Under the pieces are notes generated by a model, which saw only the letters and a program-made list of their open reading frames with translations, ran no database searches and was not told the origin of the DNA. A stretch of DNA of 64,000 nucleotides, taken from positions 1 to 64,000 of the forward strand of contig JBDRRF010000041.1 in the NCBI GenBank assembly GCA_043825875.1. The letters are read 5' to 3'. This DNA is from Pseudomonadota bacterium (GTDB taxonomy: Bacteria > Desulfobacterota > Desulfobacteria > Desulfobacterales > RPRI01). The translations under genes were made by a program, and so were the position numbers. Position 1 is the stretch's first letter. Each line of letters opens with the position of its first letter. Shown piece by piece: positions 38,301 to 48,001 of the stretch.

Positions 38301-39320
38301 TTACTTCTGTTGGACATTAGGCAAATAGCCCATAAGCTTTACCTGGTCGCCCTCGGTTATGATGGTCATCGAACGTGCGCCAACAATGATTGCTTTTTTA
38401 TCACCCAGAAACTCAAGTCCGCTGAACCAGGCAAGTTTTATATCAATAGAGGTTTCCATTTGCTGCCAGGTTTTTCCACCGTCTTGGCTAGTCATAATCG
38501 CCCCACGGTCTCCTGCTGCAATGCAAAAATCACCCTGCGCTCTAACTTCATAAAACGTTGGCAACTCCCCTTTATCATCAGGTGCTATGGTTATTGTTTT
38601 CCAGGTTATGCCGCCGTCTTCCGTCCTTAGCACAGTGCCGCCCAAACCTACCACAACCCCTTGCGTCTTCGAAGAAAAAGATATCCCGAACAAAGTGTTT
38701 TCAGTTCCGGACTCCTGAAGACTCCAGGTTTTACCTCCATCCTTAGTGTACAATATTGTGCCGAACTCTCCGGCCACCCAACCCTCTTCTTCATCATTAA
38801 AGACCATGCTGTAAAAAATAACATCCTTTGGATATGTATTGTTCACCCAGGTCTTTCCGCCGTCTTCCGTATAAAAAATTGTTCCCCAATCGCCTGTGGC
38901 TACACATTTCTCCGGGCTCAGGGCTTTTGCCGTAAACAGGTGCTTTCTTTCAGGTGCAGTCTGCTTGTTCCAGGTCTTACCGCCATCAGTTGTATGAAGA
39001 ATAGTACTGCCTTTCCCTACAATCCATCCCACCTTGGGATTACAAAAGGAAACGGATAAAAGCATCATTTTCGTACCGGCATCCTGATCCTCCCAGTTCA
39101 AACCTCCGTCTAAGGTATGCTGGATATTTCCCCGAGCGCCCACAGCCCAACCTTCTTTCTCATTTACAAAACATAATGAATACATGCTATCCTTGAACCT
39201 TTGTTTTGCGGACGAAGCAAAAGAAAGGCCGCTTTGAAATATGAATAATGCAGACAGCAATACCAGGATAATAAGTTGGGTACTTTTCCATTTCATCTTA
39301 TTTTCAATCCCTATCTTCAT
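38301..39320 (-). CDS. YCF48/BNR-repeat beta-propeller exported protein, copy 1
   Basis: Signal peptide plus repeated GW.VG..G.I..T.DGG.TW Asp-boxes. Confidence 0.9.
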   Translation of the reverse strand: MKIGIENKMKWKSTQLIILVLLSALFIFQSGLSFASSAKQRFKDSMYSLCFVNEKEGWAVGARGNIQHTLDGGLNWEDQDAGTKMMLLSVSFCNPKVGWIVGKGSTILHTTDGGKTWNKQTAPERKHLFTAKALSPEKCVATGDWGTIFYTEDGGKTWVNNTYPKDVIFYSMVFNDEEEGWVAGEFGTILYTKDGGKTWSLQESGTENTLFGISFSSKTQGVVVGLGGTVLRTEDGGITWKTITIAPDDKGELPTFYEVRAQGDFCIAAGDRGAIMTSQDGGKTWQQMETSIDIKLAWFSGLEFLGDKKAIIVGARSMTIITEGDQVKLMGYLPNVQQK

Positions 39321-39362
39321 AGATTTTGTTCCTCTCTGTGATTACGTATTTGATCCTGTGCT

Positions 39363-39403
39363 GTTACCGGGGTAATAAAGATTAAAATCTGTACCCCGGC
39401 AAC
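39363..39403. terminator. Hairpin between MMPL and YCF48 genes
   Basis: GTTACCGGGGTA / TACCCCGGCAAC plus inner AGATT/AATCT; not present in operon 2. Confidence 0.5.
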
Positions 39404-39430
39404 GCAATGCAATGGCAATCTGTTCTGATA

Positions 39431-41842
39431 TCAGGCCCTGTACTTGGGCAATATTTTGTCCGGACCTATAATTGATACCAGAGCCGGCAGTACCGTCAGC
39501 GCCCCCACCATATTGGCAACCAGCAGGAAGGCTAATAGTATTGCCATCTCGGCCTGAAATTTGAAATCGGCGAATACAAAGAAAATAACAGAAATAACCA
39601 GGGTTAAGGACGTAAAAATGATCGCCTTACCTGTTGAAGTAATCGCCATGTAACGGGCTTTTCTGTAATCACCGTAGCTGAACTGGTATTCTTCCGACAG
39701 GCGGCTCAAAATATAGATGCCGTAGTCCACACCTATTCCCACACCTACCGAAGCCACAGGCAGGGAATTAATGTTTAAGTCAATCCCCAGCCCAAGCATC
39801 AAAAGATCACTTAAAACCTGCGATACAACAAGAGGGATAAACAAGACCAGCGCACCCCAGAATGTCCGATAGGCAATTGTGCAAAACAGGAATGTAACGC
39901 TAAAAATGAGCGAGATATTTATCCAGTAAGACCATTCCACCTCCTCATTAACAGCGGCTAAAATTCCAAGAATGCCTCCGGCCAAACGGAATTTTATATG
40001 CTCGGACGGATTATCATTGATATATGTCTTGAGAGTCGATATGGCTTTGGTAATAACTTCATTATTGTAATCGGCGAAGTAAAGGGTTACGGCCGCATTC
40101 TTTTTATCTCCGGAAATGAAGCGATCCATGCTTCCGCCGGTTGATGATCCTGCTACCAATCCTAATACACTTGCGACATCGTATTTTTTTTCGGGTAACA
40201 TGGCCCACTTGGGATGACCGTCGTGATAACTCCTAAAAACTTGTTTTAACATGTCGCTGATCGTAACGGCCCCTCCAACTTGGGGTATTTCGTTGGTAGC
40301 ATAAATGCCCATCTCATCAATAAGCCTGATGGTGTCAGCGTTAGCAATCGCTCCTTCCTTATCGCCTTCAGCTACAACAACCATCTGACTGGAACCGATG
40401 AAATCACTGTTAGCCTTTTCAGCAGCAATATTATAGGGATGATCAGAATAAAGGATTGCCTTACCGGCGCTGGTATCTCCTACTTTCAAATGTTTTTGCG
40501 TTATATAACCGCCACCTAAGATAACTATAATAACTACAGCCAGGACAATCCACTTCCGAAACCCCTGAGTCAGGGAGATAAGAAACTCACCAATCTTTAT
40601 GTATATCTTATCACCGGGACGCATTGTGATCTCTCTTAGTTTCTCACGCGCCGTTTCCTTGTCCAGACCTGCAAGCTCTCCCTTCTTTAAATGCTTGGCC
40701 CGAGGCGGCGGCAGGAGTGAAACCAGAACAGGATGCATAACTATCGAGCTGACATAGATCGAGATAATCCAGAAACTACCGTAGAAGGCCAGATTCCGCA
40801 TCAAAGGGATGCTGGCTACGGCAATGGTGAGTACCCCCAGACCATCGGTGACAAGTCCCAGAATACCGGGCTTGTAAAGATAGCCGTAAGCGCTGATGAT
40901 GGCCTGCTTCTGCTCCCCGATAGCGGCGTATTCCTCATGATAGCGTTCCATGGACTGGACCGAGTGGCTCAAGGCTCTTGCCGATAAAAGCAGCGGTATT
41001 ACCAGAACCAATGGGTCAACGTTGATTCCAAGCGCTGCCGCAAAACCCAGGCCCCAAATAGCGCTGACCAATGCTGAAATAACGGGTATGAATATGCCCA
41101 TGAAGCTTCTAAAATACCACCACAGCATGATGAGCATTACTATCGCTGTTACGATGAAAACATTATAAAGCTGAGGGACATAGTGGGCTATCCAGGCATA
41201 AAGCATAGGATAGCCTGTAATATACAGGGTGTGATTCTCATCTTCTACTTCAGACTTGATCTTTTGCATCTCATTGAATAGATTATTCAGGTCCAGGCCT
41301 TCTTCCCAGAACCCGGCGGCAATCAATGATGCTTTATCATCCATGCTGACATATACGCCACGGACTCCTTCATTGCTATAAACTATTTCCTTTAATTTTA
41401 AAAGATCTTCCTTAGACTCGGGTATAGCTCTTACTATTGGATTAGACCTGAGGCCATCATTACCCACACCGAAATTTTTCAACCGTGGATGAGTAAGAGA
41501 TATAATCTGTAAATTATCCACCCCTTCTACGGTCATTACAAATTTTGTAATTTTATCAATCTTTTTGATGGTTTTGGTATTATATATATCCCCATCTTTT
41601 ACCTCGAGAATTATACTCATCAAATTCGCGGTACCAAACATTGTGCGGTATTCCTTGTAAAGCTGGATGTACTCATGTTTGGGAGGGTAAAGATCGAAAA
41701 AATCGGTATGGATTCTCAGGCTGAAGCACTTATAGCCGAAAAATAGGGTGCCAATAATGATTAAGGTTAACATCAGAATCGGATGGCCCACATGATATTC
41801 GACCAATTTCAACCAAATTGTCTTATTGCCCTTATTTGTCAT
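39431..41842 (-). CDS. MMPL/RND-family transporter, copy 1
   Basis: Two-repeat 12-TM architecture with two periplasmic loops; SHSVQ, GIGVDYGIY, GKAIIF, VLPAL. Confidence 0.9.
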   Translation of the reverse strand: MTNKGNKTIWLKLVEYHVGHPILMLTLIIIGTLFFGYKCFSLRIHTDFFDLYPPKHEYIQLYKEYRTMFGTANLMSIILEVKDGDIYNTKTIKKIDKITKFVMTVEGVDNLQIISLTHPRLKNFGVGNDGLRSNPIVRAIPESKEDLLKLKEIVYSNEGVRGVYVSMDDKASLIAAGFWEEGLDLNNLFNEMQKIKSEVEDENHTLYITGYPMLYAWIAHYVPQLYNVFIVTAIVMLIMLWWYFRSFMGIFIPVISALVSAIWGLGFAAALGINVDPLVLVIPLLLSARALSHSVQSMERYHEEYAAIGEQKQAIISAYGYLYKPGILGLVTDGLGVLTIAVASIPLMRNLAFYGSFWIISIYVSSIVMHPVLVSLLPPPRAKHLKKGELAGLDKETAREKLREITMRPGDKIYIKIGEFLISLTQGFRKWIVLAVVIIVILGGGYITQKHLKVGDTSAGKAILYSDHPYNIAAEKANSDFIGSSQMVVVAEGDKEGAIANADTIRLIDEMGIYATNEIPQVGGAVTISDMLKQVFRSYHDGHPKWAMLPEKKYDVASVLGLVAGSSTGGSMDRFISGDKKNAAVTLYFADYNNEVITKAISTLKTYINDNPSEHIKFRLAGGILGILAAVNEEVEWSYWINISLIFSVTFLFCTIAYRTFWGALVLFIPLVVSQVLSDLLMLGLGIDLNINSLPVASVGVGIGVDYGIYILSRLSEEYQFSYGDYRKARYMAITSTGKAIIFTSLTLVISVIFFVFADFKFQAEMAILLAFLLVANMVGALTVLPALVSIIGPDKILPKYRA

Positions 41843-42072
41843 CAATCATTCCTCACAAAAATTATTGTTATCTTCACCAAGGATAGCCATGAAGCTTAGG
41901 CGAACTTAATCCCAGAAAAACAACCATATACTTTATCGATATGCAGATCTGTACATCCCACCGGGGATTATAGCTAAATCCAGACGAAGGTCAAAATAGG
42001 GTTACTCTTACCTAACTGAATTCATACCTACACAAAACAATAAATGTAATTTACTAAAACTTCTTAAAAAAG

Positions 42073-42131
42073 TTTGGGGGCCTCTTATATGCCTGGGTTT
42101 AAAACCCGGAGGTATGAAATCGGCCCCCGCA
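42073..42131 (-). promoter_or_regulatory. Conserved intergenic stem-loop between DUF1329 and MMPL genes (operon 1)
   Basis: TTTGGGGGCC...ATGAAATCGGCCCCCGCA; counterpart at 61365-61421. Confidence 0.6.
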
Positions 42132-42178
42132 ATAGCCTATCGTTAATCCGTTCAGTTAAACATTGATTAACGGCCCTT

Positions 42179-43510
42179 CTATTTGGACATGCGCATTATG
42201 TATTCTTTGTTGAATATTTTTGGCGACAATCTGGAAAGAGGCATAAACATGGAGCTATTTTCCTTATTCACAAAGTCGTTTTGGACCCATCCGGAAGTAG
42301 CATGGCGCGCCTTCTCGTCAATTGTCATCTGAATATCACGTATCCCTACGTTGTCCCGCCCCGATGGCGTTACGGTCTTGGTATATACGGCGACACTCCA
42401 GGTACGGAAGGCCCCCGTCTTGTCGTGTATTTCCTTCATGAAGATAACGTCGGTTTCCTTATCCATGTAATTGATATGCAAGCCCCAGGCATAATAGGGA
42501 TCTTTAGGCATCTGCTCCATCACAATGACTCTCCTTGGTACCCAGACTATATTGAGCAGAGCCCATTTGGCGCCTTTCCAGTTAGGATCCTGAAAACCGA
42601 TCTTGATGGGGGCGTAATTAAAGTGATAGGTGCCGTCCGGATCTTCCGTGGTGTGGCGTAAATCGACTTGTGAAAATGGGCAGAGTATTGTCTTTTCTCC
42701 CACAACCTTCCAGTCCATCCATGTGTTTTTCCCGTCCCACATAAAACCCAGATCCTGCCAGGCGTCAGAGCCGAAATATGGGTCGGAACGTACAACACCG
42801 GATGACTGCCGTACCCGGCGTATAGATGGAACATAAGCATAAGTGGTTACATCACCATCATCCATATAATCAAAGATTAACTGATTTATTCCAAACATAT
42901 CAAAAGGTTCCATATTTAAAGAGATTGACATTTTGATATAATTGTTGGGGTTGTTGGTAATTTCCTGTCCCGGCGGACGGCCTGTCATCATAAGCTCGAA
43001 ACTATTGGTCCATATATACCTGTGTTCACCTTGTTTATCATCTATCCAGGTAACCTTGTTCTGATAATGTTCACCCTGAATACGATATTTATTCCATTGG
43101 AAATTATACATGATCTTGTCGGCATACTTGGGATCTTTGGGATCAAGATGGGGGAAGGGCCGGCCATAGATATTGTAAAATGGAATTTTCCCCGTCTTCT
43201 TATCTATTAAATGCCCAGTGGCATCGACTTCGAATTTTCCGGCGTTTTTCTCACTGGCTTCCAGGAATTTATCATCATACTTATACTCATAATTCAATTT
43301 AGGTGCAGTATGCAGGACGAAATCGCCCCTTTCAACAGCACGGTACAGAGCCGGAACCAGAAGGTCTTTGTATTGGGCGCAGTTGCTCTTGTCGATTACC
43401 TTAGCGAGTTCTTCGGCAGCAGACATAGAAACGCCACCTAAAAACATTATCAATGCCAGAAACAACGGCAATATGAAAAATTTTGTGCAACTTATTGTTT
43501 TTTTTCTCAC
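42179..43510 (-). CDS. DUF1329 periplasmic protein, copy 1
   Basis: Signal peptide, GRPFP, YAYVPSIRRVRQ, PKDPYYA; GTG 43510 after GGAGGA. Confidence 0.85.
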   Translation of the reverse strand: MRKKTISCTKFFILPLFLALIMFLGGVSMSAAEELAKVIDKSNCAQYKDLLVPALYRAVERGDFVLHTAPKLNYEYKYDDKFLEASEKNAGKFEVDATGHLIDKKTGKIPFYNIYGRPFPHLDPKDPKYADKIMYNFQWNKYRIQGEHYQNKVTWIDDKQGEHRYIWTNSFELMMTGRPPGQEITNNPNNYIKMSISLNMEPFDMFGINQLIFDYMDDGDVTTYAYVPSIRRVRQSSGVVRSDPYFGSDAWQDLGFMWDGKNTWMDWKVVGEKTILCPFSQVDLRHTTEDPDGTYHFNYAPIKIGFQDPNWKGAKWALLNIVWVPRRVIVMEQMPKDPYYAWGLHINYMDKETDVIFMKEIHDKTGAFRTWSVAVYTKTVTPSGRDNVGIRDIQMTIDEKARHATSGWVQNDFVNKENSSMFMPLSRLSPKIFNKEYIMRMSK

Positions 43511-43577
43511 TTTTTCCTCCTTTATAGCTTTCCCTTTTATAGAAGAACTTGCTGAATAATTTTCCATAATTTCATCA

Positions 43578-45050
43578 TTACCAGCTATAACCAACTTTTG
43601 CGGTAAGTTCGCTTGTAGGAACAAATCCAGAATAGCCTGACCTGGCCGTCTTGTCTCCCAGGAAGGCCTGCAGAGCAAAGTTAACATAAAGATTGCCGTT
43701 TATCTGCCAGTTTAAAATAGGATGAATCATCCAGGATGCTCCTCCTGCTCCTTTCCGTCCGGGGGCGTAGTTCATAACAATCATAGGAGCAATCCTGCCT
43801 TCGTACCAGCTCCACCCAATGTTAAGACCGAAGACATCGTAATCCTTTAGCTTGTAAGTACCAGGTTTTTCGAGAAGAGCCTTATCCCATTCATTGATTC
43901 TCTCGTGTGCCCACTCAAAGCCGAAGCTTGTTCTCTCATGATCGGTGATAAAGGGGACCATAATCTTCTTGTCAAGATACATTGCCCACCTGGTAGTTGG
44001 CTTGTAGGCAAAGGTTTCTAAACCTCCGGTTATTTCTTTGCTGGCTCCAAAGCCATTGCGTGCGATTGGATCTGCTGAATGATGGCCAAACTCACCCCTG
44101 ACAACAAGGTCAATAGGCGTAACATTATAACTGAAATACATGCCGTAAACATGCTGTATATTGTGGGTCATATACGCAGCCATGTCAGAAAAACGTAACA
44201 CGGTGCCGGCATCATTGTTTACATCCCTGAAATAAGCAAAGGAAATACTTAACCTCTCAAAGTCAGCAGTTAACTTCGCACCGTACTCACTTTCATTCGT
44301 AGGTACTTTCTGTTGGACGTTAAACGCTTTTAAGCCGCCAAACAGAATACTTACATAAGGAGCGTTCTGATTACTGTCAATCGGCCCGAATTGTGCCGGG
44401 CGGATGTCGGGAACCCAGAGAAAATCAAAATTAAGGGCCAAACCTTTCATAGCCGGAACGCTGTAATTTAAACGGGTCATATATAAAGGTATTTTTACAT
44501 CATCAGGATTTTGGAAAAACAACTGATAGGAATTATCCTTGGGATTGATAACATCCACAATAGTTGTGGTGCCACCCGCCTCGCCCCAGGACACAAGCTG
44601 CCTGCCAGGCCTCAAGAAAGCACTGCCCAAAGCCCCGCTATATACAAAATCAACAAAAGCCTCACGTAAATCTTTCTCAAATTTGACATCATCCTTGCCG
44701 TAGTCAAAGCGCGTCAGTCCTCTATTTTGAACAATGTCATGATATTCATTCCCACGTAAATCGTATATCGAGTCATAAGCCCCGCGAAAGGTCAAATGAA
44801 CCTTAGAAACTGAGAAAGGTCCAGCCTCCATACTGTCAGGATAAATGTCAATATCGAATTTTAAGGTATTTCTCTGCTGAACCCCTTCTACCTGGTCGAA
44901 AAAACCGTTCTGGATACCTGTTGTATCACGCAGAACAAAGTTAGATTCGAAATAACCATGAAAGCTAGTTTCCGCCATTACCTCTGCTGAAAACATCAGT
45001 AAAATGGACGCTATTGCAACAAAGTATAAAAATCTTCTTTTCCTAGGCAT
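43578..45050 (-). CDS. DUF1302 outer-membrane beta-barrel protein, copy 1
   Basis: Signal peptide, DLREAFVD, GRQLVSWGE, DVINP, C-terminal KVGYSW beta-signal. Confidence 0.85.
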   Translation of the reverse strand: MPRKRRFLYFVAIASILLMFSAEVMAETSFHGYFESNFVLRDTTGIQNGFFDQVEGVQQRNTLKFDIDIYPDSMEAGPFSVSKVHLTFRGAYDSIYDLRGNEYHDIVQNRGLTRFDYGKDDVKFEKDLREAFVDFVYSGALGSAFLRPGRQLVSWGEAGGTTTIVDVINPKDNSYQLFFQNPDDVKIPLYMTRLNYSVPAMKGLALNFDFLWVPDIRPAQFGPIDSNQNAPYVSILFGGLKAFNVQQKVPTNESEYGAKLTADFERLSISFAYFRDVNNDAGTVLRFSDMAAYMTHNIQHVYGMYFSYNVTPIDLVVRGEFGHHSADPIARNGFGASKEITGGLETFAYKPTTRWAMYLDKKIMVPFITDHERTSFGFEWAHERINEWDKALLEKPGTYKLKDYDVFGLNIGWSWYEGRIAPMIVMNYAPGRKGAGGASWMIHPILNWQINGNLYVNFALQAFLGDKTARSGYSGFVPTSELTAKVGYSW

Positions 45051-45200
45051 TTAAATTGCCCTCCTTTTCTGTAAGTAATGTTCAAAATAACAAGCTTACA
45101 AACTTTAACCCCATTTACTCTCTATGCTTTTTTCGGTCTTATAAGTTGCCCTCCTTCCTTGTTGTATGATGTGTTCCAAATAATTAACCCCCTTCTATGC
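45046..45200 (-). repeat. Tandem duplication of the DUF1302 leader/RBS region
   Basis: Minus strand has two copies of GCATAG...GGGGTTAA...TATTTKGAACA...AAGGAGGGCAAYTTA; the distal copy reads AAG where the proximal copy has ATG. Confidence 0.7.
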
Positions 45201-45327
45201 AGCATAGCCAAAGTGAATATACTCTTTGGCCTTAAAAGGCTTTAAATCTTGAGCTCTTTATAAATCTGTGATCACAAACTTGTCTCAGCATTAAGTGCTA
45301 TATGCAGGGGCAACTCGAGAAGGAAGT

Positions 45328-45696
45328 AAATTAATCAGATATACCGTTATATAAGTACCGATTGAGTTTATAATGCTATAAAGATCGTGCTATTCGAATT
45401 ATATTGTAATATTAATTATTAACTATGCAAAATAAAGCAATATGTTATCAATATTTGATAATGATATCGCAATATATTAAAAAAGAATCGTAGAGAGAAC
45501 AGAGCTAAAATAATAATAAAAATTCTTGTAGTAGTTATAAGTGATAGATGAAGACAAATTAATCAGATAGTGTCGGTTAAGTTTATAATACTATACGCAA
45601 AGACTGTGCTATTTAAATTATATTGTAAAAGAAATTATTAAGTATGCAACATAAAAAATATATTAAAAAATAATCTTGGAGAGAATAGAGCTAAAA
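45328..45696 (-). promoter_or_regulatory. Tandemly duplicated AT-rich block, each copy with a sigma70-like promoter
   Basis: Copies 45328-45510 and 45556-45696 share AAATTAATCAGATA...GTGCTATT...AGAGCTAAAA; minus-strand TTGCAT-N16-TACAAT at 45403-45430 and 45622-45649. Confidence 0.65.
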
Positions 45697-45802
45697 GGTA
45701 GAACAGAACTAAAATATTAATATATTTTCAAATCATTGTAAAGTTTATTGTATGCCCGATTGCATATGATCAAAACCACCGGATTCATGTGGTGATTTAC
45801 TT

Positions 45803-47785
45803 TCATAACAGCCTGCCCACCCGATGCCCATCTCTTATGGCATCTCCTATACCGGAATGTGACCCGTGCGGGAAAGCACTGTCGCCCACAAGGTGAAGTT
45901 CACTAATTTTTCCTCGTAATGCCTTGTACAATGAATCGTTTCGCTCTTTGCCGGTTATCAACACTACGGTGTCAATACCCTCAATTATCCTTTCCTGATG
46001 TGTAAAGACATTGATGACCTTCACCCTGTTTCCGGATATTTCCCGGATGAGAGTTTGGGGAGTCAGGGTAACTTTAGGCAAGATACGGGAATAGACCCAT
46101 GGCAGATGATTGGTAATAAGCAGGTCCGCACCCACGTAAAAGAATGAGGTCAGAATTTCTACCTGCTTGCCTTGGTCGGCCAGCCATTCGGCCAAACCCG
46201 GCCCCACAATATAGCGTGTCTCGTCCTGGATTACTATTTTACTGCCGGCTTCCTTCCTCCCACTCAAGATCTCTTCCGGTGTTGTTACATTTTCCTGTTC
46301 CCAACCGGAAACAGGAGCAAACGTACCGGGGCTGAAACCATTTCTGTAATAAGAGGCACCGGTAGCCAGAACCACGGCATCGGGTTTTGCTGCCAGAATT
46401 TCGTTCGCGGTTATTTCATGGCCAAGTTTTATGTCTACCCCTAATTTGGATACCTGACCACGGAGCCATCGTCCAATTCCTTCTATTTCATTCCGGCCCG
46501 GAAGCTTGGCAGCAAGGTTCACCTGTCCTCCTAAGGTGTTTTCCTTCTCGTACACTGACACCGCATGGCCCTGCATAGCAGCCACCCGTGCCGCCTCCAT
46601 TCCGGCAACCCCTCCCCCTACGATAAGAACTCTTTTTTGCATCTTTGCTGCAATAAGGGTTCCTAAGCCTAGTGTCTTCTCTTCCCCAAGGGTTGGATTG
46701 ACAGTACACTGAAGGGAGGCTCCAACAAAGAGCCTGCCTACACAATTCTCATTGTCTCCCAAGCATGGCCGAATATCTTCAAAGCGTCCTTCCCGAGCCT
46801 TGTTGGGAAGCTCAGGATCGGCAATGGTTGCCCGTGTCATCCCCACCAGATCAGCTTGTCCATTGGCAAGCACCTTCTCGGCATAGAGGGGATCAGTAAT
46901 CCGACCAACGGCAATAACCGGAAGATCGTTTAAAGCTTCTTTGATGGCTGTAGCTCCATACAGCATATAGCCCACGGGAGCGTACAAGGGCGCAACTGCT
47001 ATATGAAGCTGATGCGGTTCGATGCCTATATCTATGCTCAAATAATCTACTTGTCTGGTTTCCTCTATCATTTGGGCTATGCGCTTCATATCCTCTATGG
47101 TGTTTCCTCCTGGAAACATCTCATCTGCATTCAAACGCACACCAAGGGCCATGCCATTGTTCATTTCCGCTCGTACGCACTCGATTAATTCCCTTAAAAA
47201 CAAGAAGCGATTTTCAAGTGAGCCACCATATCTATCGGTACGATGATTCCAAAGGGGCGAAAGAAACTGATTTGCGGCCAAACCATGACAGGCATGAATT
47301 TCGACCCCATCGATGCCTGTCTGATTGATATTGCGGACACAATTACCATAGCATTCAACCCATTCTGCAATTTCTTCTATTGTGAGTTCCGCGGCTGTGA
47401 TATTGTTTCCCAAGCCGGGAATGGCTGATGGACCTCTACCACTTCCCCATACTCCAATATTGACTAGCTCACAAAAAACCTTAGACCCATGTACATGTAT
47501 AGCATCAGCAATCCTGGCAAGACCAGGAATGCAACGCTTATCGTAACCCAAAATTGGGCGAAACCCATGAAGGTATGGCTCAGGCATCACTAAAGGCGCT
47601 TCTATCTCTATCAACCCCACCCCGCCTTTGGCCTTTTCAGCATGAAAATAGATATGCCTTTCGCTGGGCAATCCTTCCGGAGTTCCGAAATTAGTGCTCA
47701 CAGGAGTGCTGACGATCCGGTTAGGAATAACTACAGGTCCTAACGAAATAGGTGTGAACAGGTATTTAAATATCTCTTCAGCCAT
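45803..47785 (-). CDS. Old yellow enzyme family flavoprotein, second paralog
   Basis: KAKGGVGLI, EIHACHG, RTDRYGGSLENR, CLGDNENC...C, GGGVAGMEAA. Confidence 0.9.
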   Translation of the reverse strand: MAEEIFKYLFTPISLGPVVIPNRIVSTPVSTNFGTPEGLPSERHIYFHAEKAKGGVGLIEIEAPLVMPEPYLHGFRPILGYDKRCIPGLARIADAIHVHGSKVFCELVNIGVWGSGRGPSAIPGLGNNITAAELTIEEIAEWVECYGNCVRNINQTGIDGVEIHACHGLAANQFLSPLWNHRTDRYGGSLENRFLFLRELIECVRAEMNNGMALGVRLNADEMFPGGNTIEDMKRIAQMIEETRQVDYLSIDIGIEPHQLHIAVAPLYAPVGYMLYGATAIKEALNDLPVIAVGRITDPLYAEKVLANGQADLVGMTRATIADPELPNKAREGRFEDIRPCLGDNENCVGRLFVGASLQCTVNPTLGEEKTLGLGTLIAAKMQKRVLIVGGGVAGMEAARVAAMQGHAVSVYEKENTLGGQVNLAAKLPGRNEIEGIGRWLRGQVSKLGVDIKLGHEITANEILAAKPDAVVLATGASYYRNGFSPGTFAPVSGWEQENVTTPEEILSGRKEAGSKIVIQDETRYIVGPGLAEWLADQGKQVEILTSFFYVGADLLITNHLPWVYSRILPKVTLTPQTLIREISGNRVKVINVFTHQERIIEGIDTVVLITGKERNDSLYKALRGKISELHLVGDSAFPHGSHSGIGDAIRDGHRVGRLL

Positions 47786-48001
47786 AATTATAGGTTCGTT
47801 ATATTTAATTTATGCTTTTACTTGTACCGATTGAAAAATTACATTCAGCGAAATTTTCGTTTGTGTTTCCCAAGTTGACACAGGAATTTTTTTAGTATAA
47901 ATTGATAAATGAAATAATTTTCGAATAATTTTTTATTAGATTCATGTCATGTATGTGAGCTTCTTAACATCAATTACATTTTATGTTTTGGTATAATAAT
48001 T

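Noticed and set aside
45803..45805. Selenocysteine read-through at TGA stops (OYE2, AOR3, X1, COG1233)
   Set aside because: Each TGA falls at the expected family C-terminus, with no homologous continuation
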